Positions 51,975-63,840 of a DNA stretch of 64,000 nucleotides are shown here, piece after piece. The notes under the pieces were generated by a model. The model made no database searches. It was not told where the DNA came from and saw only the letters and a program-made list of their open reading frames with translations. The DNA is taken from NCBI GenBank assembly GCA_000091205.1, contig AP006495.2; one strand, 5' to 3'. This DNA is from Cyanidioschyzon merolae. Lineage: Eukaryota. The first letter of the stretch is position 1. Each line of letters begins with the position of its first letter. The position numbers were made by a program, and so were the translations under genes.

Positions 51975-54625
51975 ACACCGCAAAACGCCTTTCAAAAGAC
52001 AAAAGCTGTCGCCGGCAGTGCACAGCAGTGGCGAGTGACCCGCCCTGGACAAGACCTCTCAACTAATCTGCAGACGCCTTCCAGCTTTTCTCGACCGGCA
52101 ACCTACCAGTGATTCCAACTTTTTCTCATATACTTCCACCTTCAGAGATTGTTCCACAAAATTCCCTTTTGTCGGCCCGGGAGGTCTCTTTTCCATCACC
52201 GCACATCTACGTATACTGAAAGCGGCGTTAAAGTCTCGGTTCACGAATTCCATGCGTTTCTTCCCGTCCGTCCGACTCACTAGTGCGAGTCGCTCACGAA
52301 CTTTCGCCCTCCTTTCCATTTGCTCCTCCGTCAGCGGTCCGTACTTTTTTATTTCTTCAGGGTTCCGCTGGCACTTTTCCATCTCGGCCCTCTGAAGTGT
52401 ACAGCCCAGTTTATGGTGTGTATACGATTTTCGGAACACATCTATCGGTATCGTAACGAAACACCGTGCATACTCTTTGTAGGGTCTTTTCGCTGGAGCT
52501 GGCATAGTGCCTTTCTTGGGCGCCCATCGTCCTGCTCCGAATGCCACTACGAGCCTCTGACTGTCATCCTCCTTCAAGGCGCTCAACTCGTTGAAAAAAT
52601 TCGCGAATGCACGCTTCCTCCCACAATACATGTTCAGTCGCAGACGAGCCTACATGGGCTTCGAATACTCCTTCCACAGCGCATCCCAATGAGCAACGCG
52701 AACTTCCATGAACTCCCGAAAAGCTTTAAAGTTCGCTCCGCGGCTACTAGCCTCGCTCATAGCTTCCAGGTGATCCTTCACTCCTGGATTCCACTTCTCA
52801 AATTTCTTCCTCTCATTCATCATACCGGATTCTCGGTAGTATCTCGCTCTCGAGAATCTCAAAAGACGCATATCTTTCTGACGTAAGTTACCGTCAGTCC
52901 CATCTTCCGCACGCTTGGGCACAGCGACGGCTATAAAATTCGTGTTTCCAGGGTCAGCGCCAAAGACAAAGTCGTCCTCATGCACTTTTTGCGTCGCAGG
53001 ACCCGCCTCCTTCTTTTCTTCGTGCTTCGCCTCGTCAACGACAAAGTCGTTATCCTCCACCTCCTGCATCGCAGGATCCTCCTCTTTGTTTTCTTCATCC
53101 TTCGTCACGGGCGCAGCTGAGGGAGGGACTGACCGATCTTTCTTCAACCGCCGATAGTGTACACACAAGGCTACTCCATCGGTTTCGATCATCCCAGTGA
53201 ACAACTTTTGCTCGCTCACTCTCAGACGTTTGAAATTGAAGATATTCTTCCAGTACGTCTTCCGGTTTTCGCCGGTGAAGTCCTCCCTGCTAACATTGAA
53301 CTCAGGACTGATCTCCTTCATGATGCCGTAGAGGACGCCGGAGCCGATAGTCACAAAATGTGACTTGATATTGTACAATGGAACCGCGTTGAAGCGCTTA
53401 CCCATCCGGAAGGCCTTCCGTCTCTCCCACTGTTCATTTGTCTCTTCACTCAGCTTCATCTCCGCTTTGCGTTCGAGTTCACGGTCCAGAAACACAACTT
53501 AGCGCATGACGAGGCGGTAGTATCTTTCCTTATCTTTTTTCAGCTCTGATATCTTGTCTGTTGGATTCGCCAGACCCAAAACTGCACGGTGCTCTTCTAC
53601 AACCGCACGGATTACAGAATCCTAATTTGTGCTCCTGCGTGACGCCTTCTTGTCGACAAATTCGACCTCATCTTCACACTGTCGATTGTTCGTGATGCCA
53701 TTGATAATCGCCTATATTCCTTTGCGAGAGATGCCCGGGTAGAGTGCAAACACGTCGCGTATCATGAAACGTTCGTGGTTCATCGTCAATTGGTTCTTCA
53801 GGTTCGTAATGTACTTCATTACCCCGTATGTGTAAATATTTCCGTCACCGCAGTATCGATTACCCTCGAAGCAGAATTCCGCGAAGTTTTCGTGGAGGAC
53901 TTCCACCCGCTCATTTTCCTCCCGCGCTTCCGCTGTACTAAGCATCAGCTGACGAATAAACGTCTTGTCGAAAAACTCGTCAGGAACATCGACTGTTTCC
54001 ATGTGCGTCACGTCGCGATACATCTCCCTCGCTAGATGCATCAGTCCTAAAGAAGCCTCAGGAAAACTCATGGAGTCCAACTCGCAACAGTTTCTGATGG
54101 ACTCCCGCAATTTTTGCTTTTACGAATTCTTGCTATGTCCGAGAAGACAGGCTTTCACGACCATCTCGTCGTACAGTCGTCTTTCTTGCAGCCATTAACG
54201 TAGGGCCTCCCCCTTCTGCTTCTTCGTCTTGTCTCGTTCCTCTATGTTTGGCTCTATGTATCGTTTTTTTCGCCAGCCAGCGATACTGGCCCTCCAGGGT
54301 CCTCCACGTCGCTGTCCAGAACATTGGTTTTTTATTTTTTGAAATAGAACGCACTATGAACGTCTCTGCTCTAAACCACGAAAAATACTCGAATACTCTT
54401 ATTTGAGGGTTGAAACACAACTGAAATAGAAGCCGTACTTGGCTACGACCTGACCGGAAATCCAACTTTTACATTACGGCCACACGCCAGAGATTAAGAT
54501 CACGTTTCCTTTCAACGGCGACATGCGCGTCGTGTCTCATGTCTGCCTGATCTCCCGGGTGCGCTCACCAAGCGCAATGCGTGCACCGCGCGAGACGCTG
54601 CACCAATCGATAAAGGCCTAAGATC
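51975..54625 (-). mobile_element. Fanzor/TnpB-like element, copy C (pseudogene)
   Basis: ORFs 53712..54110, 52650..53495 and 52059..52631. RuvC-I FGADPGNTNFIAV. RuvC-II is degraded to IPIDVFRKS (E to V). RuvC-III is degraded to RDFNAAFSI. Two TGG-to-TAG nonsense changes (about 52645 and 53700). It shares the same TAG/TAA in-frame stops as copy B (53500-53640). Two acidic repeat units. Confidence 0.8.
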
Positions 54626-56680
54626 GTTGCCGCGCACAACTTGCCTCTAGAGCCCGGTACGCGCTGCGCTGCACCACAGCGTGAGATGCGTCGCGCCCGG
54701 TGCGGCATTGATCGAGTTCCTGGTGCCTTCGACTGCGATCGCGGGCTCTCGCCCCGCGGAACGGCTATCTCTCTATAAGCGCTATACGTTTGCGAATTGT
54801 GTGGATGTCAGAATGACGCGCAACTGGCCGAACAGCGCCGCACAGCACTCACATAGAAGCGAGCATGGACTGAAAAGCAGGTACGGGCATAGGCACACGG
54901 CGTTGCGCCGCATGCTGCCGCCTTTCGCCGCGCAGCACACCGACCGAGGCGGCGTTCAACCGGCAACGCTCCGCGCCCCTGCCAGATATATTGCTTGGGA
55001 ATCTGCGCATCGCCGCTGCGTCGAATCGCGGGGCAGTATCGCTCCTGGCATCGCGTGCGTGCAGGTTTGGATCGATTGTGCCAGATGCGCGAGCGAGCGC
55101 GCGCGCCGCGGATCCCTGTGATCGATGTTTACCGAGATATATGCGCTGTCTATGAATAACTATTTTTGTTTGAAATGAATGCTAGATGTACAGTCTCAAC
55201 AATCGAGGTTCATCCATAACGAGTTCAGGAATGCGCAAACCGGTTTTCTGTTGAATTTTCGAGGGGTTGCTTTCGTGATTTGCAGCTGGAGTTTGTAGCG
55301 TTATGGAAAACAAAAGGATGTTGGAAACCTTCGAACAAGGATTCGTGAAATGATGGATATCAGAATCCGATGCATATGGACACGGCTCGAATCATCCTGT
55401 TTCCTTGCGAGAAGCATGCTGAAATCACGCGTGATTCAGGTTTTCGAATTTTTTGTTTCAGGGCAATTCGCGGGCGTAGCTATTTGCGCGGCTTGATTGA
55501 CAAGGCATAAACTGGACGCCACTGGTTAACGGCCTTTTCTATAAGCTCATGCAGAAAGTACCCGTAACTTTTCAGGTCGAAAAATCAGTTCAGATCGAAT
55601 GATAAATCATCCTGACTGTGTGGCCATCGACGAGTCAGGATTCGACGGCAGCATGATACACCCCGCGAGATGTGCTCACAGAGGCTTCGATCTCTTCTAG
55701 TTGCGTGGAAAGGGTTGCTCGACTCGTTGTTTTGTCCTCGCAGCGCTTGCTTCCAGTGGAGCGTGCATCGTCGCCTTGCACGAACGGCGGACAGGCGGAC
55801 CGAATTTTCCTTACTTGTTCTCCGGCTTGGATTTTACTTCCGGTACTTTTCTCATCACGGGCAACATGGCGTTCCATAAGCCCTGTATTGCCTGGGACAG
55901 TGTGCGCTAGCGCATGCAGCAGACAGTGTACTCGCCGAAAGCATTGACGATGACAAGCCCAGGATCGCAGGGAATGGCTCGAGTTCCAGAAACGGATGCG
56001 GGAATCTGTGGACGCCTTCCGTATCCGTAGAGGGCATGCACTGAGCGATAAGGCAAGCATTTATACGCCACAGGGTGACGCGCAAAGAAGCGTAAGCGGC
56101 GGTCACACGGAAGCACCTGACCACAACTAAGTGTCACAGCAGTGACGAGCGCACCAAAAATATGCACAGGAACGATGAACATGGGAAGCGAGGCCTAGAT
56201 CGCAACCTTTGCCTGTGCAAGAAATTGGTGCGCAACAGGAGTAAGCAGCAGAATACCGGACCTGAACGCTGCGGTAAACAGCTCTCAAGAGTTGGCGACC
56301 GAGCTGCAGGACTAGGAGGTACCAGCTAATTGAAAGCCAGCGGTGCGAGGGAGACGATAAGCGAGCAGTTGCAAAAAAAATCCGACACGGACTGGTGTTT
56401 ATTACAATGGGAAGAGATCAAAATTTAAGGACGTACACCTGACTTGTCTACCCGATCCCATCGAACTGTATTTTGACATGAGTGTTATCGGATCAACGTA
56501 GACGAACGCATGATCTACTGTATGATGCATCGCACATCCATCGCGTGAAGATGCTCATTCTCATCATCATGCTCGCCATGGCAAATATCATCGGGATCAA
56601 CGACCACTAGATACTTGACCGCTATGACCTTTATCGATTGTAAAGGCGCTCCGTATGTTCATAAACATCCAATGAAACCG

Positions 56681-57514
56681 TCAAGCTTTCGGGTCCGTTG
56701 CCTCCGGAGCTAAACTGCTACGCGGTTCAGCTGAGTACTCGCTTTCCACTCGTTGCTTGACGCGCATGAATTCGTGCTCCCAACGCATGCGCAGTCGGAA
56801 AACAGTGTCCAGGCGCTCGGGTTTCATGAGATTAAAAGCATCAATTCGTCGGTTCACTTGATGCATCTGTTCCTGGAGCTCCCGCGCTGCTGCCTCCCAG
56901 CGCTCAGCTCGTTGTGCTGTGCTCGCAGGTGACGTGTCCTCGGCGGTAGCAACTCGAGCTCGATACGCTCGTTCCAGAGCCAGACGAATACGTTTCACTT
57001 CGGCGTCTACTTCATGCATACATTCTATCCAGACAGGTCGCAGTCCGTGCCGCTGTAAAAGACCATGCATGGTATACGTGACAAGGTCGACACCGAGTGG
57101 TGGTTGCGGCAGCTGCAGTGGCCCTCGTGGGAGCCGCTCGAACGCCCCTTGCCGAATCGCTTCCTGAATCTGTGACTCAACCCAGTCACGAATGGCTCGT
57201 TCATCTTCGAAGCGACTCGAGTCCTGCTCCAGAACGGCCAGGAGGTCCTTGCGTTCGGCCTCGCCAGCAACCTTTTGCTCTAGAAAGGGATAAATGCGAT
57301 TTTGTAGAAGGTCTACGGCGCGACGCAGACGGGCAGTGCGCTCCTGTCGAGCGGCCTCACTCGGTACGACGCGTTCGGTGCGCTTTTGCACGCCTCCAGG
57401 GCCAGCAGGGCGCTCTGCTACGGCCACGAGTGCTCGGCTCGGTACTGCGTGCCAGTGACTGCGTCCACGAGTGGTGAGCGGGCGAAGCAGATATGAGCGC
57501 AGGGTACCGAGCAT
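56681..57514 (-). CDS. DUF1992 (DnaJC28 C-terminal-like) domain protein, probable mitochondrial presequence
   Basis: VESQIQEAIRQGAFERLPRGPLQLP resembles the DUF1992 motif (IreAi.rGeFdnLpGkGkPL). The track start is a TTG; the first ATG is near 57514. The following N-terminus (MLGTLRSYLLRPLTTRGRS) is R/S/T/L-rich. Confidence 0.45.
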   Translation of the reverse strand: MLGTLRSYLLRPLTTRGRSHWHAVPSRALVAVAERPAGPGGVQKRTERVVPSEAARQERTARLRRAVDLLQNRIYPFLEQKVAGEAERKDLLAVLEQDSSRFEDERAIRDWVESQIQEAIRQGAFERLPRGPLQLPQPPLGVDLVTYTMHGLLQRHGLRPVWIECMHEVDAEVKRIRLALERAYRARVATAEDTSPASTAQRAERWEAAARELQEQMHQVNRRIDAFNLMKPERLDTVFRLRMRWEHEFMRVKQRVESEYSAEPRSSLAPEATDPKA

Positions 57515-57574
57515 ATGCGACTGTTGCACAGATGACCGCCCGGGCCCTGTGTCAGTCCTCCGGAGGTGCGCCAA

Positions 57575-58090
57575 CGCTTACACCGCTGGCAAACGCCTTT
57601 CAAAAGTCGAAAGCAGTCGTCAGCAGTGCACAGTAGTGGCGGCAAACGCGCCCTGGACAAAACGTCTTCAGCTGAACTGCCGAAGCCTCACTGTCTCTCT
57701 CGACCGGCCACCTACAACTGGCTTCAACTTCATTCCGTACAATTCGACCATGGAAGGCTGCCACACAAAGCTGGCTCCTGTCAGCTCCTCGAATCGCTTC
57801 TCCAGCACCGCGCATCGTCTGATATTGATAGAAGCATTAAAGTCTGGGTTCACAAACTCCATGCGCTTCTTGCCCCCGTTGGTTGTACCCACCAGTGCGA
57901 GGAGTCCTCGAACTTTCGCCCTCATTTCCATCTGCTCTTCCGTCAACGGTCTGTACTTTTCTATATCCTCAGGGATTGGCTGAAACTGCTCTATCTTGAC
58001 CCTCCGGGACGTACACCGCAGCTCGTGGTGTATATATGATGTTTGGAGCTCATGTATCGGTATTGTGACGAAGCATCGTTCGCAATCCTT
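57575..58090 (-). mobile_element. solo Fanzor 3' fragment (longest; includes the RuvC-II region)
   Basis: ORF 57668..57946 reads ...RAKVRGLLALVGTTNGGKKRMEFVNPDFNASINIRRCAVLEKR. 57950-58090 aligns to the copy A DEFRTS region. A conserved tail (gcctttcaaaagtcgaaagc...cagtagtggcggcaaacgcgccctggac) lies at 57575-57700. Confidence 0.65.
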
Positions 58091-58719
58091 GTACGCTCAT
58101 TCCGAGTCGCTGTTAACCGGAAACGATATTCTCCTCGAAAAGCCATGAAAGTGGTGCTGTGGCTTTCCGCCAGACACGGTGGCTGCTTTTGCCGTGCCCA
58201 TGGCCCTGCAGGCGTGTTTCAGGGTGCGCTGACTGCACAAAAGCGCCGAGTTCGCGCTGCTGCCCTAGCATCTGGGTGCTGGCAGCTCCACAGCACAGAT
58301 ATCTCATGATGTGCGGGTGGAGCATGCTGCTTCAGCACCGTAAGAACGACGCGCTCTCATGCGCGTTCCCCCATGATCCAAGATGTAATCCATAGAGTGA
58401 TACTGGCGGCTATCACCGAGCGTCTTGCATATAGAATGCAAATCTGGGAACTGCATCCTAGGGCTCGGAGTTCCATGTCACGAACAGTGCATATGCTCAA
58501 GATCGGTGCTCGAAGCGAACGCGCTGTACACCATACACTGCATTGCTGCACGAGAACAGTGCTATGCTCGGGGCCGGATAGAGTACCTTACGAAAAGTCA
58601 GCAGGAACGTCGCTTTCAGGTACGGTGCGTGACACGGGCCAGGCGAGAGCGATCCGTTTGCCCCTCACTTCGGAATGCGAATTCGCTGTTCATGAGTGTC
58701 TTCCCGTAGTAATGCCTCT

Positions 58720-59010
58720 TTACTTCAGTTCAGAGGCGCGCCTGTTCGAGTTGGTTTTGCGCTTGCGTTCGAGCTTTTTGCCGATTCTATCGTGGAGTAG
58801 ACCTGCTTTTTATTCCTCCTTGTACTCCGTGATTCACGCCCATCAAAGACGTATTTTCTATTGTGAAACGTAATGATCGCAGCACTGGGCGAATCGCTGA
58901 AGCGTTCTGCACAATCACGTCGGAGCATACGTCGTCGTTCTTCAGCAAGTCTTTCTCCCTCCGGCCAGATCGTCGACTACGGGCATTCAGAAGTGCGTCC
59001 ATTTGACGAA
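58720..59010 (-). repeat. partial 'MNALLRAS' repeat unit (inverted), adjacent to Fanzor fragment 59270-59520
   Basis: Minus-strand ORFs encode MDALLNARSRRSGRREKDL... and ...CAERFSDSPSAAIITFHNRKYVFD, homologous to the start of units 43177 and 62899. Confidence 0.5.
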
Positions 59011-59269
59011 ATAGAAAATCCGTGCGAAAGGTATGGACATGAAATCTAGGGATTCCGGAGGGCTGTCATTGCCAGGCACCGGGAAAATGGAAATAATCCC
59101 CTTCTCGTCGACCACTGAGCGAAGAAGAGCAAGTGACGACGACGACAAAGAAGAGAATAGATAGGCGAGAAAAGATGCATGCCCGACGAGACGCAGGCGA
59201 TTCTTGAGTAGCACAGAGGGCGCGAGCTCTTAGAATCTTCGCATAGATGAATTCAGTCAGCGGCAATAA

Positions 59270-59520
59270 ATGAAAGGTATTCGTGAACCGAGACTTCAAC
59301 GCCGCCATCAACATCAGGTGATATCTGGTGTCCAGGACGAGACCCGAGGATCTGAGGCGATCCAGCTTTGTGGGGCAGCCTCTCAGACTCGAATTGCAGA
59401 AGGAGGAGCTGAAACCGATAGCAGAGGGGCTGTCTAAAACGGGCTTGGAGGTGTTTGTGAGTGGATATTGATTTATCATGCATCGCTGCCGAACGTTTGT
59501 AGTTTCACGGACGATGGGCA
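59270..59520 (+). mobile_element. solo Fanzor 3' fragment
   Basis: 59274-59320 reads VFVNRDFNAAINIR then a stop. Next comes ...SSFVGQPLRLELQKEELKPIAEGLSKTGLEVFVSGY and the tail gggcttggaggtgtttgtg. Confidence 0.6.
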
Positions 59521-59910
59521 ACTTAGTGTTAATTTTTCAAGTTACTGTAATATATGTCTAATGATTACCAGAGCCGTCGGCGTCGATTGGGGCCTCGTGC
59601 CGAGTTACATGCGCGCTCGCACAGAGCGTCGCAGCACCGTCGAGTCGCTGTGTTTTCGACGAGGGTGGCTTTTCATAGACGACGGCGGCTGAAGCTCTGC
59701 GTGCTTCTGTAATCGTCTGCTTTCCTCGCAAATACGCTAATTTGGATCAGCAACAACAGACGAGGCGCTTAAGCTCTAGATCTGCGGTTTGCTACTGTTC
59801 CACTCGATAGACGATTCTTTTTTGTTCACCAAAGTTCGCAGTGGTCTCGAGCTCCGCTTTGTAGCAAGGTTTCGTGCTTCTCGTCGCTGCTCTGGACCAT
59901 CTGTTGTTCT

Positions 59911-61083
59911 ATGTCGCACCGCAAGTACGAAGCTCCACGGCACGGGTCGCTTGGCTTCCTTCCCCGGGGAAGAACGAAGCGTCACAGAGGACGCGTGCGC
60001 TCCTGGCCACGGGACCCTGGACCAGCTGTGCCGCCACACCTCACTGCTTTTCCGGTGGTAAAGGCGGGCTGCACACATGTTGTGCGGCAGATCGATCGTC
60101 CTGGAAGCAAGGTCCACAAGAAGGAGGTCGCTGAACCTGTCACGATTCTGGAAGCGCCCCCGATCGTGATCTGTGGTATCGTTGGTTACAGCGAAACGCC
60201 CCGCGGCCTTCGAGCAATAAGGACGGTTTTCGCAGAGCACTTGAACGATGAAGTGAAACGCAGGTTCTACAAAAACTGGTATCGTGCGAAGAAGAAGGCC
60301 TTCACCAAATATGCGCTGGCCAAATACTCCATGGGTGAATACCGCAATGATCTAGACACCATACGCCGACACTGCAGCGTGGTGCGCGTCATTGCGCACA
60401 CCCAGCAGCGAAAGTTCCGGTTACGCCAGAAGAAAGCACATATCTTGGAAATTCAGATCAATGGCGGCACTATCCCTGAAAAGGTTGATTTTGCGGAGCG
60501 TCTGCTGGAGAAGACCGTTTCGATCGATGACGTAATCTCTAACGATGAAATGGTCGATACCATTGGTGTTACGAGAGGTAAGGGTTTTGAGGGCGTAGTC
60601 ACGCGCTTCGGTGTCCGTCGTCTGCCTCGGAAGACGCATCGTGGACTTCGAAAAGTGGCATGTATTGGAGCGTGGCACCCGGCCCGGGTGCAGTTTACTG
60701 TTCCTAGGGCTGGCCAGAGAGGCTACCATCATCGAACTCAAATGAATCTCAAGGTTTACCGAATCGGCAAGAAAGGTGATGGTAAGTCAGCAACGACCGA
60801 GTATGATCTCACGGAAAAGGGTATAACCCCGCTCGGTGGATTCCCACACTACGGTGTCATTCGTGAGGACTGGGTTATGCTTCGCGGCGCCGTGCAAGGT
60901 CCTAAGAAGCGTCCTATAATCTTACGCAAATCCCTATTCCCGCAGATTAGCCGTCGTGCTCAAGAAAAGATAGAGCTCAAGTTCATCGACACCTCGAGCA
61001 AGTGGGGCCACGGGCGTTTCCAGACTGCCGCAGAAAAAGCCCGCTACATGGGTGTTCTCAAGCGCACGGCCATCAGTACCTAG
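59911..61083 (+). CDS. RPL3: 60S ribosomal protein L3 (uL3)
   Basis: [27 protein letters not shown]...[40 protein letters not shown]...[14 protein letters not shown].... Intronless, 390 aa. One divergent stretch ([27 protein letters not shown]) differs from the usual uL3 sequence here. Confidence 0.93.
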   Translation: MSHRKYEAPRHGSLGFLPRGRTKRHRGRVRSWPRDPGPAVPPHLTAFPVVKAGCTHVVRQIDRPGSKVHKKEVAEPVTILEAPPIVICGIVGYSETPRGLRAIRTVFAEHLNDEVKRRFYKNWYRAKKKAFTKYALAKYSMGEYRNDLDTIRRHCSVVRVIAHTQQRKFRLRQKKAHILEIQINGGTIPEKVDFAERLLEKTVSIDDVISNDEMVDTIGVTRGKGFEGVVTRFGVRRLPRKTHRGLRKVACIGAWHPARVQFTVPRAGQRGYHHRTQMNLKVYRIGKKGDGKSATTEYDLTEKGITPLGGFPHYGVIREDWVMLRGAVQGPKKRPIILRKSLFPQISRRAQEKIELKFIDTSSKWGHGRFQTAAEKARYMGVLKRTAIST

Positions 61084-62462
61084 TCATCCGCTCGTTCCTT
61101 GACTTGCGGCAAATTATAGAGCCATATTCCAAATAAGAGCACGCCTAAACCGAGCAGGACCATAAACGAAAAACGAGACTGGACCAGCAGCGGTACTGGC
61201 AGGCAGAAAACTAGCGTTGTTAGCGGCACAGAAATCAACGATGCAACCACGGAGTCGAGAGCGGATGCGATTTTCAGCAATCGCAAACCCGTGATGTTGA
61301 ATACAATATTCACAGCAACGTACGCAAGAGCTAGCCACGGCATCCAACTGCTCTCACGCCCCGCAAATGTGCTGAGTGCACTAGAAAAGTAATCGCCAAT
61401 GGAGGGGCTTTCAGCCAAGCGAGCTGCAAAAGGTGTTGTGAAAGGCAGCATGAGCGAGATAGCAGCAAACTGCATGAGGCTCGAAAAAGTATTGACAATG
61501 AACAGATCCGGTTGCACGCCACTTCGTTTGAAAACGCGCTCTTTGAGTACAACGGCTAAGGCAACGAATGCGTAGGATCCGAAGAATAAAAACGCATTCA
61601 TCCATACGCCTCCCGAAGAGAGATTCAAAGCTGCTTCGTTCACAGTTTGAGGGCCAATGGAAATCAGCACACCGGCGAGGACAACAAGCATGCCATAAAT
61701 TTGGGTGAGCGTGTAGCGACGACCTAGCAGAGCATACGAGGCCAAGGCAATGAATATGAGGATTCCTTGATTCAGTACTGGAAGCAGAGCACCGGGAAGC
61801 CGAGAAGCAGTAAACATACCGATTACGAAAGTAAGCGCCTCCAGTGCCCCAATGAGGGCGAACAGACGCCAGTTATTCACTGCCCACTTGACCTGCGTCA
61901 TAGGGACAATACGCATGCGCACTCGTATCCAGAGAATAGAGGCATAAACCAGCACGTAGCACAAGGTGACAAAAAGTGAGAGGAAAAATGTGTACGAATA
62001 CATTATCTGCAAGTCCATCCGGTAAACTACGCGGTTCAAGACCGATAACGCCACGTACGCTGCAGTGGTCAACAGCACGTCAGACGACACCCGCGTCGCT
62101 ATTCTACCACCCGTTTTTGCAGTTTTATTCTGCTGCATGAGCAAAGAGGCTTTCCGCATTTCAACGGGTCTACTTCGGGGTGCAGTAAAGCGGGGTCCAG
62201 GCTCCACGGGGCACCCCGCAAACGTTACTCGTGCCCTAGCGCCAGTCGAGCGGAAGGCTTGGTAAAGCCGACTGACAGGCGCTTTATTTACCTCCGCTGG
62301 ACTAGCAACATGATTTCTACGGGCAAAGGGGTTAGACTTTATGGAGTGAGCGGAACAAAACTGTGATATCCATCCACTGTTGGTGAACATTGCATGCTCA
62401 TCTTTGCCACCAGAACGAAAAATTTGCCACCGCCGGGTAAATTCATGCTCGCGCGCAGACAT
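61080..62462 (-). CDS. CRT-like transporter (PfCRT/CLT family, DMT superfamily), ~10 TM
   Basis: [11 protein letters not shown] resembles Pf[80 protein letters not shown] resembles [72 protein letters not shown]...NTFSSLMQF...LPF resembles REIVFKKYKI...NAMVSFFQLF...LPV. ATG at 62462 lies inside Fanzor-derived sequence, so the start is uncertain (alternatives at 62393 or 62156). The 3' end overlaps the uL3 stop by 4 bp. Confidence 0.65.
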   Translation of the reverse strand: MSAREHEFTRRWQIFRSGGKDEHAMFTNSGWISQFCSAHSIKSNPFARRNHVASPAEVNKAPVSRLYQAFRSTGARARVTFAGCPVEPGPRFTAPRSRPVEMRKASLLMQQNKTAKTGGRIATRVSSDVLLTTAAYVALSVLNRVVYRMDLQIMYSYTFFLSLFVTLCYVLVYASILWIRVRMRIVPMTQVKWAVNNWRLFALIGALEALTFVIGMFTASRLPGALLPVLNQGILIFIALASYALLGRRYTLTQIYGMLVVLAGVLISIGPQTVNEAALNLSSGGVWMNAFLFFGSYAFVALAVVLKERVFKRSGVQPDLFIVNTFSSLMQFAAISLMLPFTTPFAARLAESPSIGDYFSSALSTFAGRESSWMPWLALAYVAVNIVFNITGLRLLKIASALDSVVASLISVPLTTLVFCLPVPLLVQSRFSFMVLLGLGVLLFGIWLYNLPQVKERADD

Positions 62463-62764
62463 CTGCTAGCCTCTCTCGACTGGCTACCTGCTACAGGATT
62501 CAGTTTCTTTTTGTACATTTCTACCCTGAGAGATTGCCCCACGAAGTTGGCTCTTGTCAGCTCTGCGGGTCTCTTCTTCAGCACCGCACATCTCTCGATA
62601 TTGATAGCAGCATTAAAGTCTCGTTTCGCGTACTCCTGGCGTGCATAGTCGTTGGTTGAAGTCATCTCTCCAGGAATTTCTGGTAATCGTTCCCTCTGTA
62701 CCACGTTAGTAATGTCATCGCCCCGTCGGTCAAAAGAGTCTTCTCGGCTGTCTCCCTTTTTCAT
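62345..62764 (-). mobile_element. solo Fanzor 3' fragment, part of composite repeat (iii)
   Basis: ORF 62339..62764 reads ...YARQEYAKRDFNAAINIERCAVLKKRPAELTRANFVGQSLRVEMYKKKLNPVAG. The tail motif gcagacatctgctagcctctctcgactggc is at 62455-62490. The fragment overlaps the 5' end of the CRT-like ORF. Confidence 0.6.
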
Positions 62765-62898
62765 ATTCTTCTTCTACGTCATCGTCACTTGCTCTTCTTT
62801 GCTTGATGGTCTTCGAGACGAGAAATTTTTCATTTTCTTTCGAGGCCGGAGATGACGGCCCTCCAGGATCTTCGAATTCCATGTGCTAACGTTTCCCA

Positions 62899-63840
62899 TG
62901 AATTTTTCATTTCCTCAAAATGAACGCACTTCTTCGTGCCTCTAGGCGACGACCTGCCCGGAGACAGACGGACCTGCGGATGGACGACGATATGTGCCCC
63001 GGTGCGTTACATTGCGGTGCACGCTTCAGCGATTCGCCATGTGCAGCGATCATCACGTTTCACGAAAGGAAATACTCCTTCGATGCGGCTCAACCATGGA
63101 CTGTACGAAGCAATGGAAAGCAGCGCTACCCCGATAGAATCGGCAAAGCCCGGGCGCGACGGGAAATAGTGCATTGGCGTATTGTCCTATATAAAAGGAT
63201 ACGGCCAGGCGTCAGGGAGTGTGTGTCTCGAATGACTCGACGAGGTGGCTGGTGCTCTTGTATGAGCCTTCTGCAACAGCGAAACGGAGACCTCGAAATG
63301 AGTCCGCTGCAGCTGGAATAGATGATGATTTCCGAACTCTCCTTGAGTTTGGTGTTAGATATGAAGGGCGCCCTGTATGCGGATGCCCATGTACGATCCG
63401 GCTGTTTCGCGCGAAGGAGGTCTCGCCGGCTGAGCAACCGAACAGAAGCCCCTACGCCGCATACCGGCGGAGACGTTCCAGGAACTCTGCCGTTGCGATT
63501 TATGCGGAAGACAGGCATGAATGAAACAGGACTCTTTTTTGCGACTGTGTCGCAATGTCTCCAGGGCCGCACGAACGAGATGTCGACAAACAAAGACGAC
63601 CGTGGTGGCTGCTATCGTCGCTTTTGGTTTCCGCAGAGTGCCTGTTGGGGCGCTTTTCTACGATTGACCGAAAACTTGCTTTAAGAATATCTGTTTACGC
63701 CGCGGAGCGAATGCACACTATTCCAGCGTTTCTCAACCATGTGAGTTCTGTGGTATGAGTGACCTGAAGAAAGAATGCAGTACACCTTGCACTGTTCAGA
63801 AACGATATATACCCTACAGGCAACTCATCTATGATCTATA
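62899..63840 (+). repeat. ~950-bp 'MNALLRAS' repeat unit (copy 2)
   Basis: Near-identical to 43177-44135. Ends with the shared ...ttctcaaccatgtgagttctgtggtatgagtgacctgaag...cctacaggcaactcatctat. Confidence 0.8.
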
